Below the pieces are notes generated by a model. The model saw only the letters and a list, made by a program, of their open reading frames with translations, was not told the DNA's origin and searched no databases. Source: Chiloscyllium plagiosum (Eukaryota). From it: a DNA stretch of 64,000 nucleotides. Position numbers and translations under genes: made by a program. Shown here piece by piece: positions 52,301 to 64,000 of this stretch; the first letter of the stretch is position 1; each line of letters starts with the position of its first letter. The DNA lies in the NCBI RefSeq assembly GCF_004010195.1, contig NC_057758.1, forward strand, positions 4,516,793 through 4,580,792, written 5' to 3'.

Positions 52301-55300
52301 TCCTGTACGCTAAGGAACACTGTTTGAAAGCCTCTCACATATCCAAAATGATTTACCTTCAAACAACTGCACTAATTCAACATTCCCCAGCTCCTGCTGA
52401 GTTTTGGTACACTTGGCCTTCTCCTAACCTAGCACTCTTCCTTCAGGACAAATCTTGTCTTTATCCATTATTATTAAAAAAGAAACATTATGGAATTGAG
52501 TCACTCTTCCCAAAGTAACCCCCAGTGAAATTTCAACCAGCTGGCTGTACACATGCCCCAACACCAGCTACAGTGTGGCCCCTCCTCGAGCTGGACTATA
52601 CATGTACTGTTCTAGAAAGTTCTCCTGGACGCTCCTAAAAAATTCTGCTCCAGCTCGAACTATAAAATTAAGTGAATCCCAGTTAATGCTGTGAAAATTA
52701 TTGTCTCTAATCACTGTTGTCCGCTTGCTCCTACAGCTTTGAATAATCTGTTTACATATTTGTACCACAATCTTACCCTCACTGTTGGGAAGCCTGAAGT
52801 ATTGCTGCAATATTGTTTTCATTCACTTCTTATTTCTGCGCTTTGCACATATTGTTACAATTCTGGATTCCTCAAAGGTACCCTTCTTCAGCACAGGTGT
52901 AGCGTCCACTGTGACCAGTAATGCAACTCCTTCACCCCGTTCAAATCAGTCTCTACCCCACCTGAAACATCTGTATCCTCGGATATTTAGTTGCCAATCA
53001 TGCCCTTCCACCAATTAATTAACAGTAATAGTAAAATGATAATACTCCTGGGTAGTAAACAAACAGTAAGTTCATCTGCCTTACCTATTGCACTTCTCGC
53101 CTTAAATCAAAAGCACCTCAGACAACGGGTCCGAATGCGTTCAACGTCTACTCAATGCTTACACGTTTAATTCGTCACGTTTACTTCATGATTTAATACC
53201 TTGCAGGCTTTATTTTCTACCTTCTTCATGTCCAGTCACCTCCCCATTTGGTTGCCATGCCCCGTCAATGAGTGTAACACCTCCGCAACAGCGTTAGCAA
53301 AAGCACCCCCAAGGACATTGGTGACAGTTCTGCCCAGGTGTAGACCATACAACTTACAATTATGCCACCGCATCCAGAACCGGTCCCAATGTCCCTCTTC
53401 CTCCTACACTATCTCTCTGGCCACACATTCATCATGCCTATTGTTTCATTTAATCTCTGACTAGCACGTAGCCATTCTGAGATGACTGGTTCTGAGGTCC
53501 TACTTTTTAACTTCGTTCCAAATTCCGTAGGAAATGTATCTACGACCACATCCCTTACTTTACCTACATCACTGGTGTCAATATCTACCATGGTAGCTGG
53601 CTGTTTATCCTCCCTTTCAGAAAGATCTGCAGCTGATCTGAGACATCCCTGTCCCGTTGATTGAAAGGTGAGATCCCTTTTTGCAGTCTCTTTATCGAAC
53701 ACAGGAAAGCCTATGTATTTCCCTTGCAATAGATATCCCGATGACTATAGCTCCCCCACTCTTTTCTCACCCTTCTGTTCAGCAAAGCTGCTGAGACATC
53801 TCACCCAACAGTATCCAAAGCGGTATAGCAGATTTAGAGACAGATGGCCGCAGGGGACACACGCTATGCCTTCTTGCTCTTCCTCTGTCTTTTGGGCACC
53901 AATTACCTTTATCTCTCAGCAATCCTAATCTGCGGTGGAATCAACTTGCTAAATGTGCTATCCACGTCCTCCTCAATATTGCAAATGCTCTGAAGTGAGT
54001 CCATCAACAGCTCCAGAATCGTCTTGTGATCTGACAAGAGCACAGTTGTACACAAGTCCTTTACCTGAAGGAGTCAGGAATATCAGCTGCGACTTTAAGC
54101 TTTCACATTGACCACGAGGATCATAACACGGGGCTGAAATTTACTGCTATTTTTAATCGTAAGCTTAACTTAGTGCTACTATTATATAAAACAATAGATA
54201 AATGTTAAAAAAAAAACAAAAAACAAGTTAGAATCATACGACAACATAGGAAAGAGAAAAGACTTACCTTATGAACACATCGCAGAGTTCTCTTCTCTGT
54301 CTCGAGATGAGGGTGGGTGGGAAAATATACACCTGTAGTGTCCATGGTTCAGTCAATGCCGAATTGCGTCATGTCACTCCGATTAACAAAGTGCTGTTCG
54401 TCGGCTCCCATTGAGCTCCCACTGCTACTGAAAATGGAGGCCGTTGACGCTGGCGGTAAGTCCTTTCAGACGGTTCACTCCGCACTCTTGTTGCTGCTGA
54501 AAATGAACTCTGCTGACTCGGATAAGTCCTTCCAAACAAAAACTTATCTGCTCGGCAGCCTCCTGGTCCTCGTTCTCAGCATTCCAGTTGCTGCTGAAAA
54601 TTGGAGACTGCTATCTGTGGGCGACACAATGGCTAAGTGGTTAGCTCTGCTCCCGCACAGCGCAAGGGGTCCACGATCAGTTCTCGCCTCAGGCAACTGT
54701 CTGTGTGGATTTTGCATATTTGTGGGCACTGGTACTCTGGTTTCTTCCCACAGCCCAAAGATGTGCAGTTTAGGTGAAATGGTCATGCTAAATTACCCAA
54801 AGTGTTAGGTGTAGGGGAATGGCCCTTGGTGGGTTGCTCTTCTGAGGGTCAACGTGTGACCTTTTGGGCCAAAGGACCTGTTTCCACACTGTAGGTAATC
54901 TGATAAATCCTTTTCGAAGTAGGTCTACCTTACCGGCATTCCACTGATATACAATCTCACAGCTGCCGCTGCTGCTAAAACTTTAGGTCACTTACCTTCG
55001 TGGTAACACCTTTTAAAGGGAAACTTACATTCCCAGCAGTCACCTGGCCATGGCTCTCTCTGCTTCAGCTTTTGGTGAAGCTGTAGGACGCTGAATCTAG
55101 AGGTAACTTCGAGGAAAATTTACATTCCCAGCAGCCCCCTGTCTTTGCTCGCACCCCAACAGCTGCTGCTATAACTGGAGACTGCTGACACTTGAAGTAA
55201 GTCTTTTAGTGAGAAATTTACATTCCCAGCAGCCCCCGGTCATTGCTCGCACCCCAACAGCTGCTGCTGTAACTGGAGGCTGCTGACACTTGAGCTAAGT

Positions 55301-58300
55301 CTTTTCGTGAGAAATTTACATTCCCAGCAGCGCCCGGCCCTCGCTCTCATCTCTCCCGCTGCTGCTGAAAATGGAGGCCTCAAAATCTCGTGGAATTTCC
55401 TTCTGTTGGAAGGAAACTTCCTTTTGCACAATGCCCTGGTCCTCCAACATACCTCTTCCGTTGCTGCTGAAAATGCAGGCCGCTGAATCTCGAGGTAAAT
55501 ACTTTTAGAGGTAAACTTTCGTTCCTAGCCATACCCTGGTCCTCGATTTTACCCGTCCTGCAGTTATTGAAAATGGAGTGAGTCGACTCTTGAGGTAAGT
55601 CCTTTCAGACTGAGACTTCCTTCCTGACAGCCCCCTGGTCATCCTTCTCACCATTCCCTCTGCTGCTGGAAATGGAGGGCGATGACTCTCTATGTCAGAC
55701 ATTTCAGAGGGAACGTTGCCTTCCCAGCAGTCCCGGTCCTAGTTCTCAACTCTCTGCCCGCAACTGAAAATAGAGTCTGCTGAATCCCCTGTTAAGTCCT
55801 TTCAGTGGATAATTGACATTTTGGTAGCCCCCGGTTCTCACCCTCATAGGTCCCGCTCCAGCTGATAATCGACAGCGTTGACTCTCGAGATAAGTCCTTT
55901 TTGAGGGCAGTTTCCGTCCCAGCAGCCCTCTGGTGCTTGCACTCACCGCTCCCGCTGCTGCTGAAAGTGGAAGATGCTGACTCTCGAGGTATGTCTTTTT
56001 CAGCGCATGTCAAACATTCAAGGTAATTTGGTGGGCTGATGTTGGTCAGAATCATGATGAACCCGTCGAAGCGCTTTCAAATTCCGGAAGTGAGCGGCAC
56101 CGGGAGTTAGTGTGAAAGGCAAGCTACATGATTTTCCGTTTCCAACAGGTTTGTAGTCGTCTTCTTGAAGTAGGGGGGACTTATGATCATGAAAAGGAGG
56201 GGTTAAAGAGGTCTGTGAATATTCCCACAAGGTCGTCAGGAAAGGATCTGAGTGCCTGGCTGTGGATTCCATTCAGGCCAGTCGATGTCTGTGAGTCCTC
56301 TCTTAAGAAGATCGATCTAACATTTGCGGTAGGAATCATGGTTGCATTGCAGTCCAGGCTGCTGTGATAACAAACTTAGAATACTTTGAACTCATTGTGT
56401 TGTGATGTACTCTTGCCCGCGATTCTGTTCAACTTCTTTTGATAGTCTTTGTGTGAAAGTCTTGCCATAAATGACGGTGCCCGCGTCAAACTTTGTTTCG
56501 TGTTGCCTCTTGCCATCTCCGATGGACTTATGAAGGGCTTACTTGGATTTTCAGTGGAGATCAAAGTTGCTCGACCTGATCACAGTTGATTTGGAATTCA
56601 GCGAGGACAGCAACTCCAATTTCTTCCATATTTCCCACATGGTGAAAATTCAGATTACTAACATCAGTTTTTTTTTTACACTAATGGCGTCCGTAACGGC
56701 AATGGCGTGTTTGATGAGGTTCGGCACTGAGTGCTTGAATACAGCAAAGTCAACTGATTCTAAGCAGTCCCGTAATCGCCATCCATTGCCCAGATCAATA
56801 TTGCACTACTTTCTAGATTAGATCCTCATGCGCCAACTCCTTCTTGTCAGCTGGTGATAGGGGTGGGGGTGGGTTATGTTGAGCTGGACACAGCCCTGCG
56901 ATCGAATGCTCAAAAATGCAAACTGCGAATGGGCTGTTAACCGAGAATTGATGGTGGTATATCTACGGTCATGGAAGTTCCTACCTCTGGTGGATCACGA
57001 GACATATTTGTAACCCATGTTTAAGGTGTGCCTGATTGAAGTCACCAACAAAGAAAACAAAGATCTCTAAGTATTCTGTCTCAAGATTGTTTGTAACACT
57101 GTATGCTTCATCAAGTGAATTATTCAGTTCAACTCATGGAGGGTGCAGCAGTGATGGCAGTTTACCGTAATATATTATAGCTTCAGGGAGCAGTAATTCG
57201 CCAGCATCGCCACGCCTGAGCATTCGAATGATGAGAAGGCATAAGCAACTGGCCGATGTATTACCAAACAACATCGATCCCTCAATTCAATAAACTGAGA
57301 ATCCCTCAGGTCGTAATGCCTCGTCAGGTGCAACAGGAATGAGGCATGTCTCTGGAAAACAGAGTGTACAGCAGTCTCTAACTTCCCTTTGGGAGATGTG
57401 TCGAGCTTTCAGGTTGTGTTCATCTTGTGTTCACGATTTTGTATGCTTCCCTGGTGTATATTCAGGCAGGAGGATTTGAACCCTCATAGTTTATATCTTA
57501 CTGGAAGCATCTCCTACGTTTCCTGAATGACAGTTGCTCGTAATCGAACCCGGATGTGCTTGAGTGAAGTCTGCTCGTCTGGGAGGCAAGTGATGGGGTC
57601 CGGGGACCATTCATGGTCTTGAGCATTCGAGACTGTATTGGGGTACTTTCAGTCGGGCATTCCACGATGTCGGGTGACAGTATTTCATGTTGCCGTGTTG
57701 GTTGTGCTTTGGTGCCGTGTTTCTGTGAGATCGGACCTGCCACTGTAGCCAAGTTTGGTAGTTCCAATGTGCTCTTGAGTGCAAGTCTCATGCACTATTC
57801 TCTACGATGTCTTGCCCTCGTCTGGTCAGCTTGGTATCATTCACCGTGGGCTCAGTTCTTTGTCCCAGGCTAAATGTAACTCAGCTCTGGATTTCCACGA
57901 GTAAGGCAGGTTTGCAGGAAGATGATAGGCCTTTAATTACCCTGGGCTTCAGATTGCAGAGAGCTGGGAAAAAAAGCAAAAACAAAGCATTTGTCACGCA
58001 TTCCATGCTGATGGGGTCAGGTAAGTATATGAAAGTATCCTTCAATGAGTGTTGTAAACTTGAGTGTTTCAATAGGTCGAAGTGTGTTGTTGGTGCCCAC
58101 TACAGATACAGTTGGCCGAAGACCCTTTTCTAAGTTGTCACTCTTTTTGGCACAGTGACTCAGAACTGGCAGGAAATTATGTTCAGTCATTATCTATTGG
58201 ACCACACTGTCAATCGCATGTTCCAGTATATTCTAACTATATATTCCAAACAAGTTAATGTCGGCAAAATCTTTGCTTCCCATGCAATATTGTAAGTTGG

Positions 58301-58804
58301 CTACCACCAATGTGGGCATTGATCTACTTTAGTTCATGAAAAAAATCAATGGCTTTTTCATAGAAGGTATATGATTGTTTCAGACGTTTACATTGTATAC
58401 TGATTTTGAAAATTCATCTCCTCCAAGATCGCCATCACGGGAGCTATTTGCTGACCACTGTTTCAGGGCATCGGCACTCCCATTTTCTTTTCTGATCCAT
58501 TTAACATTGATGATGATATATTAAATTTGAAACCTGGAGATGTGATTCGTTTAAAAACCATCATGAGGAGGAGGGAGGAATGCTAAATGACTCAATGTGT
58601 ACTTCAAAAATGACGGTTTTCCTCGGTTTTAAAAAGCAAATCAGTTTTGCACCCCAACATCCTTCTTTAAAATAAAGAAACTTTAATTTGAATAATTTTA
58701 CGGCACTACATGGAAGAGTTGCATTTGTGGAGAGTCCAAGAAATGATAATTCAAAGTTGATGCAAACCTTGTTTTCACCCTCTGCGTTTACTTTCCACTA
58801 ACAG

Positions 58805-59706
58805 TTAACATACTGACTGTTGTGATTCTGCGTCGTCAACAATGTGGTCTCTCCAAATGTACCACACGATACATGGTGGCCATGGTGGTGACGGACCTAC
58901 TTGTCATGATCTTCGACCTGATACTAAGACACATTCTACTTGTCTATCACAATCATTTTCATTTCCTGTGGCACATCCCAGTGTGCACTTTACATGCAGC
59001 AGTGTTAAATTCAGCCACAGATGCATCTGTCTGGTTTACTGTCGCTTTTACTTTTGACCGATTTGTGACCATCTCTTCCATGAAATGGAGACGTACGTAT
59101 TGCACTGTAAAGATGGAGATTTAATTCTTGGGACACTTAGAATACTGTGCTGTTTAAAAAACGTCAGCTGGTATTTTATGCTGACTGGTTCCTACCGATT
59201 GTGGAACACCCCGTGGTTTTGTGTCATGGCAAAGGAAGTTCGATTCTCTCTGTTCTGAACAGCGGTAGAGTTCTTGCATCATGTTCTATCGCTGGTAGTT
59301 CCATTCGTTCTTATTGTGCGGCTGAATGTTTTCACTACCAAACAGGTGTTAGTGAGCAACCGAAAACGCAAAAGGCTCCAGGCTCTTAGAATTTGGAAGA
59401 GTGATGGACATTCCAAAGGAGAGAGTCGGAGGAAATCTGTTATCTTCCTGTTTGTTATCTCGGGAACTTTCGTCCTGGCACGAGCGTTGATGACCTTGTT
59501 TTTGTTTGTGGAAACGGATTTCTAGCTTCGGTTATAAGATAATATCATTACCTTATTTTCTTCTTGAACTGAGCTTCATTCTGCAAATCTCAGGCTGCTG
59601 CACAAACACTTGTGTTTATGCTGTTATTCAATCAAAGTTTAGAGAGCATTAGAAGAATATGCTTAAATATCCCTTTTCTACACTTTTTCAATTAATTCGA
59701 CGATGA
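58805..59706 (+). pseudogene. GPR139-like GPCR copy B, exon 2 (multiple lesions, native C-tail)
   Basis: Acceptor at 58804, and the frame is open through FTFDRF. Lesions are a 1-bp deletion near 59116, TGG>TGA at 59256-59258, +1 T near 59500 and TAG at 59650-59652. The tail YAVIQSKFREH*KNMLKYPFSTLFQLIRR ends at TGA 59704-59706. Confidence 0.88.
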
Positions 59707-59934
59707 AAATAACTGAAGCATTGGAAGTTTAGAATTAATTTTCATTTCACTCCGCACTGTGAGGTACTGAATATGAGGTACGGCGTTATCTCCACATAGT
59801 TAGCCAAAATATTCCTGATGATTATCAGCAAATCGGGGTGACTTTGGGGTTTCATTGCCGAAGTCACCAAGTCTTGTACTGAGGACTATTCCTTTGATAA
59901 CCATGCTGACAATGTTTATTTAGCCTGCGTTTCT

Positions 59935-60095
59935 TCAGCATACAGTTACAACGTTTAAACTATATTTGAATAAGTACTTGAACAGGGAAGGTTGAAAATA
60001 TTGGGAGTGGAGCTGGTGGGTGGGACGAGTTAAGTTTGGAATTTTGTTCGGCATTGACCAGTTGAACAAAATGATATATTTCCGTGCTATCTGAC
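59935..60095 (+). mobile_element. Degenerate CR1 3'-end fragment
   Basis: TACAGTTACAACGTTTAAA...GGGTGGGACGAGTTAAGTTTGG...TTTCCGTGCTAT resembles CR1 3' UTRs. Confidence 0.45.
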
Positions 60096-62207
60096 TTTAT
60101 TGCTGGATGATAAGGTGCAGTGACGTCAGAGGGACAGATGTGAGATATTGTTTTGCTTGTCTGAGAACATTAATAAAATGCACGCACCCGATAAAGTGCA
60201 CCAGAATTTGCATGAGCTGTGGTGAGCCCTCGCTAACGGCGATGTCCTGTTAAACAAGACAACAAAATCGGTACGGGTGACCTAAGTATGAATTCAGAAT
60301 CCGACCGCATTCAGATGAAACGATTTTTATCAGCCTGTTGAACCAATGCTGGTGTCGGATGGGGAGATACGTCCTGAAGGGTTCCTCGAGTTTGTTTTCT
60401 TTCCACTTCTTTGTCGAAGTCGGCACATTTTATATAAGAAATACATTTGCTTTCTGTTACCTTTATTGCAAGTACAATCGTTACACTTCCTGTAAAAGAA
60501 ATGGATCATTTTCTGCCCTTCCATGAGGAATGATATTGATATCATTTCTCCCTGCTTTCTGTTATCAATTGTTTTGAATTAGTCTCGTCTACTTCTATCA
60601 ATGAAGACAATTTTCGCGATTTATAGTTCAATTTAATCTCCCTGGAAACATAATGTTTTTTTTTTAATTAGTGATTTTGTGATCATCCACTGACACCAAA
60701 GCCAGAAACTACATGAAACTTGCATCGAAATGATCATCAGTTAAATTCAACATAGCTTGATGAACTGAGCATTCTACGTTATTTTTGTTAATGGCCAAAG
60801 CACTTCATACTCCATGAGCTGTAATCTCAATCTGGCATACCAAACTAATTAATTTGTATGCAGGAATCACCCACTATCCCAAATTAGAGCGTTCCAGTGA
60901 ACTTTCCACGAGCAGAAATGGTGTAGAGCGCAGAAGCGTTAATTGAGTCAGGATAAATTCCGCGTTTTTGATTTGTTTTAGTTAGGGAAAACTGTTATGA
61001 ATGTCGATCTTCCAGAAAAGTAAAGTGGTGTGAAGAGAACTTTAGAAAAGCAGGGTTACTTGTACAGATAAACCCTTCTGTCTTTTTACTCTCTTCCTTA
61101 TCTAAGTGACATGTTAAATGTAATACTTCACAAATTTGCTTTTCTGACAAAAAAGACTCACAACACACTTTTCGAGATTAATCTGCATCTGCTCTGATAT
61201 CCAACTGGTATTCTTAAACTCCCTGCAGGTATTTCACACAGATTTCCATTTTTCCATCTTGTCAAGTTTTCAGATAGGTCTCTGGATAATTATATTCAAA
61301 CGTCAATATATCTCAGAGCCCTCATGAATCCTCTCTGTTTCTTCTTCGAAAAAAATCAATCATGTTCGTGAGACATTATTCTTCACCCCCAGAGCTATGC
61401 TGATAATCACCAAATCAGTACTTGTCTTTCCAAATACGCGTACGTCCTGTCATTCGGAATTCCTTGCAACAATGTGCTCGGCATCATAATTAACGTAATC
61501 AGTCATTGCATATCTTTAGATCGTTCATACTCTTCTAATTTTCTATTCACGTTGATTCAGGTATTTTCACCCACATACCCAACTGTAACGTACGTTCTTT
61601 TCCAGCTTTATTTTCAATATCAGTTTCAGTTAAGACATAACTTAAACAGCATTGCTGTTATGATTCATCCGCCTCCACACTCCCTCCTTTCGAAGTCATC
61701 CTTTTTGAGTAGTTTGCCGAGTACTGAGTTTGAAGTCAATGGGCCTGGCTTTGCCTGACCAACACCATATTGACTTTTGGACCAGATTCTGCAGAGTCCG
61801 CATCAAGCCCTTGAGACATTACATTCATGGAGAGGAATTTCTGGTCTGAATTGTACTGATGAAATAACCAGAGGTGTTATGTAAAACTTCGATGGGCTTC
61901 AATTAAAATAGAATTATTGCGTATAGTTCATCATCGAACTTTCTTACCTGTTTTCATTGTGTTTGAGGTAATTTATCTGGACCCAACATATAATGATGTC
62001 GCACAGTTTCATTTCGTCAATATCTGCAAATGTTGTTTCCCGTGTATGTTTTGTCTCACAGTTACGCTGCTCTTAAATGCCTCAATCAAATTGGGTTCAT
62101 CTGTTCAAGCCTAACCACACGGAAAAGCCTTTTCAATATTTTCATTCTGGTTCCTTTTTCTGACTATTGCTCGTTCCAAATATACTGTTTTATATTTCCC
62201 TTCCATT

Positions 62208-62485
62208 CGGTGGAACGGTGGCTTCGTTGTTGCCCAGCGTGACAGAGCCAGAGAACAATGATCCATTTCAGGGTCGGGCGACTTTGTGTGTGATGTTTAC
62301 TCATTCACCTTGTGTCTACATTAGTTTCCTCCCACAGTCCAAAGATATTGAGTTTATGAGGATTGGCCATAAGAATGCTGTGTGGCAATAATCCTCTTGT
62401 GTGTAACAGTGAGTGGGATACTCTTCAGGACTGTCGTATGGACTTGATGGGCCGAATACCTTTCTACCACGTTGAAGATATTCTG
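62208..62485 (+). mobile_element. Highly diverged HE1/V-SINE
   Basis: GGTTTC-like TTTCCTCCCACAGTCCAAAGAT...GATTGGCCAT...GGACTTGATGGGCCGAA matches the SINE body at 15930-16060. Confidence 0.65.
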
Positions 62486-62593
62486 TGATGCGCGACAAAT
62501 TTCCATGGCACTTCAATTGTCTCAGAGTTATTTTGAATTCTCTACCTGGCTCAGTGATCTCGTATTCACGCGCACATAGACGCACAAGGTTAA

Positions 62594-62703
62594 TTTAAAA
62601 TCAGCAATAACAACAATTATACATATTATCCGTCGGGGTTTGAATGTTTAAAATCAGCAATAACAACAATTATACATATTATCCGTCGGGGTTTGAATGT
62701 TAA
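62594..62703. repeat. 53-bp perfect tandem duplication
   Basis: TTTAAAATCAGCAATAACAACAATTATACATATTATCCGTCGGGGTTTGAATG occurs at 62594 and 62647. Confidence 0.93.
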
Positions 62704-64000
62704 GTGACAGTGCAAGCAACGTCTTCAAGATATAAACGGTAAACCAAGAAGACACGAACTTGAACGATTTCTACATGTTGCAACTTCCCGAACTAAAGTA
62801 GTTTTTCTGACAAAATAGTTCAGAAGAAATGCTGAACGCACATCTGGACAGAATGTATGGGAGACATTCAGAAGTACTTTTCTCCAAACGTCTGTTCGCT
62901 GTAGCTTGTGTGATAATTTAACGAGAAAAACCCGTTTTTGTGAGTGTTTATTAAGCAAATTGATAAGGAGAAAGGGACAAAGGCAGAAATATGGAGTTTC
63001 GCAAGGGGTCATCCATGTCAGACGGGCTCAATGGGATGAATGGCCGAGAATTGTCCTCTGCTCTTGTGTCATTGCCATGTCCTTTTATCACGACCTGTGA
63101 TACACTGTGAGACGAGAATGTTTTGTCAAAATACAGTGTTCATTGATGCAGTGCACTTTGTAGAAAAATACTCCTGCTTGCAAATTGCATTCCAATGTGT
63201 TTTACCTGGAACAGTCATAGGTTATGCGAGCCCAGGAGAGTTAGGAGTTCAGTAAATAGTTCTCTGAATTTCTTTTGAGATCTCCTCTGTGGATGTCTTT
63301 CCCTCTTGCATCTGAGAATTTGTCTTTCCCTTAACCATTTTTTTCTGGACGTGTATTTATTGAATGTTATTCTATTAGAATAATTAATTCGCAATAGCTA
63401 CTGTATCGGGTCAGTTAAGGTTTCCAATAGGTTATTGTAAATTCTGACTTCATTTATACTGTTTCGACTGCAGTGCTGAAGTAAGTTCTCTCTTGCTNNN
63501 NNNNNNNNNNNNNNNNNNNNNNNNNNNNNNNNNNNNNNNNNNNNNNNNNNNNNNNNNNNNNNNNNNNNNNNNNNNNNNNNNNNNNNNNNNNNNNNNNNNN
63601 NNNNNNNNNNNNNNNNNNNNNNNNNNNNNNNNNNNNNNNNNNNNNNNNNNNNNNNNNNNNNNNNNNNNNNNNNNNNNNNNNNNNNNNNNNNNNNNNNNNN
63701 NNNNNNNNNNNNNNNNNNNNNNNNNNNNNNNNNNNNNNNNNNNNNNNNNNNNNNNNNNNNNNNNNNNNNNNNNNNNNNNNNNNNNNNNNNNNNNNNNNNN
63801 NNNNNNNNNNNNNNNNNNNNNNNNNNNNNNNNNNNNNNNNNNNNNNNNNNNNNNNNNNNNNNNNNNNNNNNNNNNNNNNNNNNNNNNNNNNNNNNNNNNN
63901 NNNNNNNNNNNNNNNNNNNNNNNNNNNNNNNNNNNNNNNNNNNNNNNNNNNNNNNNNNNNNNNNNNNNNNNNNNNNNNNNNNNNNNNNNNNNNNNNNAGT

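Larger units (their letters stand above)
36663..59638 (+). repeat. Segmental duplication copy B (tandem, direct orientation)
   Basis: Collinear with copy A, with scattered substitutions and indels. It contains four gaps and an extra internal partial copy. 36663-36840 has no visible counterpart; its equivalent is presumably hidden in the 11998-12497 gap. Confidence 0.92.

Noticed and set aside
60121..60128. Perfect CRE palindrome TGACGTCA downstream of copy B
   Set aside because: A single 8-mer is expected by chance (it also occurs inside CR1 near 26658), and there is no supporting promoter context.
60950..61900. Old minus-strand CR1 remnant
   Set aside because: Suggestive short matches only, and the boundaries cannot be supported without a search.

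Overview
Eukaryotic, repeat-rich draft assembly, most likely from a cartilaginous fish. That is inferred from HE1/V-SINE-type SINEs, CR1 and Penelope-like families, and a GPR139-like receptor of the kind expanded in sharks. Bases 1-11997 are a 36-bp satellite whose ORFs are artefacts of the repeat. After a 500-N gap comes a ~23-24 kb tandem segmental duplication (copy A ~12498-36662, copy B ~36663-59638, plus part of a third copy between gaps). Each copy carries a two-exon GPR139-like class A GPCR with a large, TE-filled phase-1 intron. Both receptor copies are disrupted, by different lesions. The duplication junction falls just after TM7 of copy A and replaces its C-terminal tail. The intron holds a nested retroelement stack: a Rex/Babar LINE split by a near-full-length CR1 with a ~98-bp monomer 5' array, itself carrying a SINE and a Penelope-type terminus. 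That terminus has a well-formed minimal hammerhead-ribozyme motif at 27623-27658. There are also copy-specific microhomology-flanked duplications and a deletion-inversion-deletion. No intact host gene, tRNA/rRNA gene or CRISPR array is supported. All family names come from motif recognition by eye, not database searches.
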